A DNA stretch of 64,000 nt from the human T2T-CHM13v2.0 reference genome, Homo sapiens. Positions 57,364 to 64,000 of this stretch are shown one piece after another. The notes beneath the pieces are model-generated. The model saw only the letters and a program-made list of their open reading frames with translations, searched no databases and had not been told where the DNA came from. Location of the stretch: the NCBI RefSeq assembly GCF_009914755.1, contig NC_060925.1; one strand, 5' to 3'. The stretch's first letter is position 1. Every line of letters begins with the position of its first letter. The position numbers were made by a program, and so were the translations under genes.

Positions 57364-57650
57364 ACAATGAATTTATAAATCTAGGCAATGATCATTGATA
57401 TTGTGTGACATCACATACATGCACATACAAAAGAAATGACCAGACCTTATGACCCTCCTGATAGAAATACCATGACCCATGAAGTAGCCTTATCAAATTA
57501 TTGAGCTTGAATCAATCAAGCTGGCAGATCTAACTACAAGTTTATGGGAAATACAGGGGGATAGAGGGACACATTAAATGATGTGCAATCAGGAAAATAT
57601 AGGCTGTCGGAAACTCTATACAACAAATGCCCTAATTTTATAAATAGAAT

Positions 57651-57676
57651 GAGAGAGAGAGAGAGAGAGAGAGAGA
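57651..57676 (+). repeat. (GA)n microsatellite
   Basis: Read directly. Confidence 0.9.
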
Positions 57677-58039
57677 TAAAACAATCATTGATATTTATTA
57701 TTATAGAATTATTTTTATATGTTTGACGAGTGCGATATTGCTATTGTGGTTACTATTTTTTAAAGAATCTGTTTCTTGAGATACTTGCTGAAATACTGAA
57801 AGTTTAAATATGATTTGCTTCAAAACAATCAGAAGTGTGGGTAATGTGGATGGGGTGTAGCCAAAGCAAGAATGACCACACACTAATCATTGTTGAAGCT
57901 AAGTGAGGCATTCATTATACTATTTTGATATGTGAGAAATCAGTATGTTATTTTTGCTTTTGTATATATTTAAAATTATATATAGTATTTTTTAAACAAA
58001 ATTAAGGAAGATCTCAGTTGATTAGGTAGGATAGACATT

Positions 58040-58262
58040 CCAAGCACTATTCTAGGTGCTTTATTTATATTATCTCATTTTAATCTCATAGATACCAAAT
58101 GAAGTAGGTATTACAACATTACTCCTATTTCACATATGAAGAACCAAGTCATAGACAAATCAAGTAACTTGCCTAAGGTCATCTAGGAGTAAATGGTGAA
58201 GCTAGAGTTTGAACCCAAGAAGTCTAACTTCATACAGTCTAAGCCCATAATCTTAACCACAA
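58040..58262 (-). mobile_element. MIR SINE
   Basis: ccaagcactattctaggtgcttt...aagtaacttgcctaaggtca...tttgaaccca...tcttaaccac. Confidence 0.8.
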
Positions 58263-60474
58263 CACTCATCCTCTGAACTGGCAAAGTTGGTTTATCTGCT
58301 TTGATATTTGTGGCTGCTACTTGGGGTCATCTGGCCCTGTGCAGTCCTGCTTCTCATGTGGTGCACTTGGTAGTGATGGTCTTGTCATTGGCAGTATGCT
58401 GTGTTTTGTAGGCATTCTAGCATGAGATGGGTGATCTGACTAAATAGGCTTTAAGGTCATGTCTAATTATGTGATTCTATGATTCTAAGTAGGTTTTCTC
58501 CCCCACAAAAGTGAGTGTCCTGAGAGTGTGGTGTGGCAAAACTTTACCTCGAGGAGATATAAAGGCAACTAGAAGAGATATCAGTAACCCAGGATGAGGC
58601 AGCACAGGGAGCCTTGAGCTCTGCAGATTGGCAGACGAGTCACAGGGCCTGCCATTCCTCAAGAAAGGCTGTCTTCTTCCTTACCAAGCCTCTGCCCTGC
58701 AAAAGGCTGCACATAGAGTGGATACCTCCATTTTCCAGGTCACATACTTGGTTTGGATATTTGCAAAATGTTTTCATCAGCTTCTCAATATAAACATGAT
58801 TATCTTTACAAAGACCCACTCCACTCCCCCAGGAAGTAGACAGTGCCTGGAAATGCCTTGTTTTCTAACACTGCAGCTCTTCCAAGCTGGACCAAACCTT
58901 CCCCAAACTGCAATCTTTCCAAGAGCTGAAACGCGAATGCCTCTCCTTGAAGAATGCAACTGAAGTTCTCTACATGCCAGCTCTTCCTTTTCATTCTAAC
59001 ATCTCCTGTTCTTTTGCTACACACATCTCTTTGAATAGAAGCAACTTGAGGTCACATCCAGAGGAATTGTGCAGGTGGCTTTAAAGGCCAACATAGCAGG
59101 CTCTGAAGTTGTAAGAGGTGCATTGGTTTTTATCAGTTTATTGGAAGGAAAGATGGGTCCATGTGCAAGGCTACTTTTTTCAGATTGGGGACAATCTCTT
59201 AGGTTGGCAGACACATATGTATTATTTTTCATAACTCAAAACTATCTATGGAACTGCCAAGAGTCAATTCCAACTCTCTGTTTGGATAAGATAGAGGTTT
59301 CAAAGGAAAGTTTTCCTTGGCAAAGTGTATGTCTTGGCGCTAACAGTCCTATGATGAAAATACCCAAGACCAAAGGCAATCCAGGGCTGCTTTCAATTAC
59401 TGGGGTTGAGCTCATTGGGAATAGGTCTCATGATATTCTTTGGATTAGGAGCAGACACTGTTTCTATTGGCAACCAGGGGAAAAAAGAAAGAGATCATTT
59501 CTCTGCTATTTGGTGGACTTTTCCAATTATGGAAAGGTAATTCAGATCTTTGGTGACTTTGGAAATCTTCCCACTGGAAAATTCCTATTGATTTTTGGTG
59601 TTTGCCTTATTCTGGAGCACTGAGAATATGCTGGAGTGAGCAGAGTCTAAATTGTCCAGGGGCTTGATAAGAATTCTCAGGCAGTGGCACTGGCAGAAGT
59701 GCAGCTTGGGACTTACCCAAACGCCTCAGAAGCAGGCTCTGGCTTTTCATGTGAATTGAACTCATTACTAACAAAAGAAGAGCATCCCAGGATGCTGGCA
59801 GAGAGCAAATCAGAAACATCTTCAAGGCCAAGAACCTAGAGAAACTTAAGTAAAGTCAATAGAAAATGAACTCAGTAGGAGAGGGTGGGGAAGAATGATA
59901 TTTCTCTTTTTGGATTGCAAGCCAATAACTTTTTTTTTTTTTTTTCACTTTGCTGACGATCTTCAGTCACTAATAAGGAAGCTGATGCGCTCTGTCTAGA
60001 CAACTCATTTCATGAAGGTCAAAGAGGGTAGGCCTTGTCCTTTGATCCTTGACACTACTCTGCAGTCTGTTTTGAACTTCACACTTGCTGAGAAATTTGG
60101 GTGGAGATGAAATGAGAAAACTTTGACTAAAATAAGCAGTGCCCATTTTTAAATTTTTTATTTTTTTGTCTTAATTTTCAAACAGCTGCATTTGGCTCAG
60201 CAGCTGCATGTGGCCCTGCACCCACCCAGGCCCCTATCTCCTTCAAAAAGCCGTGAACCTTCCATGCTGGTCTAGACCCATGGTTCTCCTAATTACCATC
60301 TGTCTGATCCTGGGCAAGCCTCAGTCATCTCAGCTGCAGAGAGGACATGCAGTACATCAGTGCTTTGGAATTCCTTTTCCCAGTGACTGAAAATATACTG
60401 AATGAATGAATGGCGATTTTGAATACAACATAAGATACACCTTTGGTAAACCCAGTGCATACTAAAAACACAAT

Positions 60475-60544
60475 CCCTTCCCTTCCCTTCCCTTCCCTTC
60501 CCTTCCCTTCCCTTCCCTTCCCTTCCCTTCCCTTCCCTTCCCTT
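60475..60544 (-). repeat. (AAGGG)14 pentanucleotide repeat at the end of an Alu tail
   Basis: Perfect (ccctt)14 on the plus strand. Confidence 0.95.
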
Positions 60545-60899
60545 CCTCCCTCCCTCCCTCTCTCTTTCTCTGTCTTTCTTTCTTTCTCTCTCTCTTTCTT
60601 TCTTTCTTTTTTTTTTTTTTTTGACAGTCTCGCTCTGTTGTCCAGGCTGGAATGCAGAGGGCTGATTTCGGCTCACTGCAACCTCCATCTCCTGGGTTCA
60701 GCAATTCTCCTGTCTCAGCCACCTGAGTAGCTGGGATTACAGGCATGCACCATGATGCCTGGCTAATTTTTGTATTTTTAGTAGAGACAGAATTTCACCA
60801 TGCTGGCCAGGCTGGTCTCGAACTACTGACCTTAAGTGATCCACCCACCTCAGCCTCCCAAAGTGCTGGGATTACAGGTGGGAGCCACTGCACCCAGCC
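60545..60899 (-). mobile_element. AluS with a compound purine-rich tail
   Basis: Full dimer; TSD-like aacacaat at about 60467 and 60902, enclosing the microsatellite. Confidence 0.92.
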
Positions 60900-62183
60900 A
60901 GAACACAATTTCCTTGGTCCCTTTGCAAATTGGAAATGTCCAGGTGAGCTGTTCTCCTGACCACTTCCACCTGAGCCATGAATGGCTTGGCTGTCAGTTG
61001 TATCAGAGTTCCCAGCCCTGTCCTTGGAGCAGTAGCCATGTAATCAATATTCCCAATGACAGTCTCATCACAGCCTCTGCCATCTCGATGAGAAAATAGA
61101 AGGGGCCTTCTGTCTGCCCTTCTCCACAGACTAGAGGTCCACATACTAGGCTTCCGTGCAAAGAATCACCAATGCAGAGTTGCTGGGATCCATCTCTCCA
61201 TGACAGTCCCACCCATGGCATTCCCTCCTCTCCCACCTTTCCCAGCCATCCTCAAGCTTTCTGCAGCGGGAGTGGAAAGTGTCTGGAAGGGATCAAGCAC
61301 TGGCAGAGCTGAGCAACTTCAAATTTAATTTCCTGGAAGGACAAGAGCAACGGCAGTGTGCAGTGACAGAGTACCTTGCCAACCACCCCCACCATGGAGA
61401 AGGGGCCCTGAAAGCTACGGTCTGCTTGATGCAGATGGGAGGATGTGGGGGCAGCAGTCAGTCTCCCCTGAATGTGATATGAAGATCTCACCCAGCCCGA
61501 TGACAATATCCACTCCTTCTTCCCCATCTTCTCTCAACTTGGACAAGGGCTCTGAACAAAAGTCACCTTCCCTGCCTCCTCACCCTTTGCCTTTCTATGT
61601 TTCCCTAGGTTCCTCTTGGAACATGCTTGATTGGGACTTGCTCACTCCAAACTGGGGACTTAGCAAGGTTGATTTCTACATTTAGAATATCCTGCCAATA
61701 TTTCCTTCCCCTCTTCTAAAATCTTGCTCTATTTCATCTCCTTCTGGAGCTCAGATCACTGGTTAACATTTGCATCCATATTAGGGCTCAATTTATCTAA
61801 GCTTCACAAAAAGCCAGAGCCAGAGGTGGCCTTAATAGATTACCCAACTGCCTTATGTTCCTTTGGGGAAACTGAGGCCCAGGGTAAGGAAAGAACTTGT
61901 ACAACTCATGCATTGAGGGAGGGGTAGATCCCTGGTTACAACTCAGCGCTGACCCCTCCGAGTCCAGAACCCTTCCCTCTGTGTTGATTTGTCTTGCTTC
62001 TCCTTTTCAAACATCTGACCCATGTTTTCTATTAATTTCTAAACTATCTAAGGGCAGTGACCTCTTCTTCTCCTTTTAGAGCTTCATGGTGCCTACCAAA
62101 GCTAATACCTTATACTTTCAGCACATTATATACTTTTAGAAGTTATTTACATTATTGCATTTTTTCCTCATAAGATTACTTTC

Positions 62184-62210
62184 CAGCAGCAGCAGCAGCA
62201 GCAGCAGCAG
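62184..62210 (+). repeat. (CAG)9 within a MIR remnant
   Basis: Read directly; followed by cccattttacagatga-like MIR sequence. Confidence 0.9.
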
Positions 62211-63096
62211 CGATGTAATTGACCCCCATTTACAGATGATGCAGCTTTAAGGCAGAGAATTCCATGGCTGGCCCAAGGATAGCTAGACATGTGGGCTTAT
62301 GTGGGAAAACAGAAGGCCCTGGCACAAAATCACAATGCAGACAGTGAAATTGATTGTTACCTAACAAGACCTGAAGCCAAGGGAGCTCTGATGCTCAGAG
62401 AAGATGATGGGGTGCTCATGGATTAGCGCACGGTCCGATATTTCCCTGTGGTTCTCCGCTCACTGGATGCCTGATTCTCTTGTACTGTGCTTTAAAAACA
62501 GCAATGTTCAGAGTCACAGTGGAGTCAGGAAGAGGGAGCTTGCCATTAGTCCTGATTATTTAAGCAAACTCCCGTTCTTTCCTCCCGCATCCTGCTCTCA
62601 AACCTCCAATGTGCTGTGTGCAGATGTGCTATGGGTTCCTAGGAGAATGCTGTGATACAGACAGCGGGACTGGTCTCCTCTTGCCCCTCCCCATCCCATT
62701 TGTGCTGGGGGAAATGTAGTCACATCATTTGCATTTATCAGGAGAATATGCCTCCTTGTCTGTAGCCTTTAGTCTGACTGAATTGCTTTTCTGCTTCATG
62801 AAACACACAGCGCGGCAGCCCAGTGCTCCTTTCTCCTCCTCACTTCACCGGCGTCGGGCCGTAACCCACTTTGCTCTCCAGCGCATTTATCATATTGATC
62901 GTATAAGAAATAGATCATAAGCAGAATGAAATTACCGAATGCAATGATCTGGGGCATCCTATGGACCAGATCAATCTTGGGGCAGCCAGGAAAAAAAGTC
63001 CCTTGCTGTGACGTTTTCCGAAGTTGATTTTCATTGCAGATAGAAATTTCCATCAGCTGAGGCACCCTGGAGGGAAAAGTCTGCTGTGCTGACAAG

Positions 63097-63098
<2 letters not shown>

Positions 63099-63135
<37 letters not shown>
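63099..63135 (+). repeat. (GT)n microsatellite
   Basis: Read directly; a second (TG)n lies at about 63331-63353. Confidence 0.95.
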
Positions 63136-63136
<1 letters not shown>

Positions 63137-64000
63137 TCTGAGAAAATGAGGAGGTGGGAGGGAGGGAGAAAGAGGGAGAGAGAGAGGGAAAATGGGAGCT
63201 TGAGAAAATTCATTCATTAGAAAGAGGACTTCCTTAGCTAGATCTCATTTGAAATGGATGTTTGAGGCTCTAGCTGTAATAAAACCCATTTTTTCTTGCC
63301 TATCTCAGATTCTCTAAATTGTTCTTGTATTGTGTGTGTGTGTGTGTGTGTGTTTGTATGGAAAAAATGGAAGAAGGTAAGACTCTCACTTGTTTAGAAG
63401 GCCCCTCAAGGACCCTTTTGAATCTGTACTCCTGGGCTGAGAGCCACCTGTCTTTTCACGCTGGACCTGGTCTGGGAATGTGCAGTGTTGGCAGGAGGCT
63501 GGAGTTTTAACAACATAGTTGGTACAGGACAGTGTGGAATTTATTTATAGACTGTTCCTTGAAAACATAAGCTTAAAGCCCCTCTCTCCTAAACCTGAGG
63601 CTCCAGACATGACCTCTGCCATCGTAAGAATATTCTCCCTGTCTGGAGACAAGGCTGGTGGGTTCAGCTGAGACTGGAAACCCAAGTGAACAAGGTCTCT
63701 GGCAGCCTGCCACCACCTCAGACTGAGGCAGAAACCCACAGTGGGAATGCGGTCCGAGGCCCCCATCGCCCCCTTCCCGCTGTGAAATCCATCCCCAGAC
63801 ACTGAGACTCAGTGTTATTGGCTTTGGCAACATTCATCATGCCAATAAACTCATTGAAATTGAAGAAACCAGAGTGGGGACGGAGATCAGGGAATAGAAG
63901 GGGGTGAGGAGGGAGAAGGGAGGGAAGTGTGCAAAGGACAGCAGGGAACAGGAGCTGCCCTCAGATTCTCCGGTGAGCTGAAAGTGAGAGACGTCATGGA

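Noticed and set aside
59069-59623. 184-aa intergenic ORF (likewise 25764-26360 and 50410-50940)
   Set aside because: No domain, splice or codon-bias support; 50410-50940 ends in an Alu; lengths are compatible with chance in 64 kb.
59907-59927. ttttggattgcaagccaata resembling the adenovirus ITR NFI site
   Set aside because: The spacer is one base too long for the NFI palindrome and there is no other viral similarity; chance match.
62184-62210. (CAG)9 as a polyglutamine coding repeat
   Set aside because: Intergenic, inside a MIR remnant, with no surrounding ORF or exon.

Overview
This window is primate, most likely human, genomic DNA carrying the 5' part of PLXNA2 (plexin-A2) on the minus strand. 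It contains a CpG-island promoter with non-coding exon 1 (about 38369-39110), a 25.6-kb intron 1, exon 2 (11453-12720, ATG at 12640; signal peptide and most of the Sema domain), exon 3 (4999-5181), the start of intron 3, and about 25 kb of upstream intergenic DNA. The rest is Alu, MIR, L2, MLT1, hAT and mariner repeats plus microsatellites. Nearly all other ORFs in the track are chance or repeat-derived. I found no new gene system. The most unusual unexplained structure is a cluster of local templated duplications or insertions in the introns, at about 93-96% identity. The best example is a 255-bp copy of a segment 1.5 kb away, bracketed by a 50-bp near-perfect inverted repeat and small snap-back hairpins inside an old L2. 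Other points of interest: a uORF-dense 5'UTR with a (GCC)8 tract, several routes to a secreted Sema-only protein, an RFC1-like Alu-tail (AAGGG)14, and a full-length Hsmar2 nested in MER53 nested in L1. Repeat subfamily names and reference comparisons are from memory and need database confirmation.
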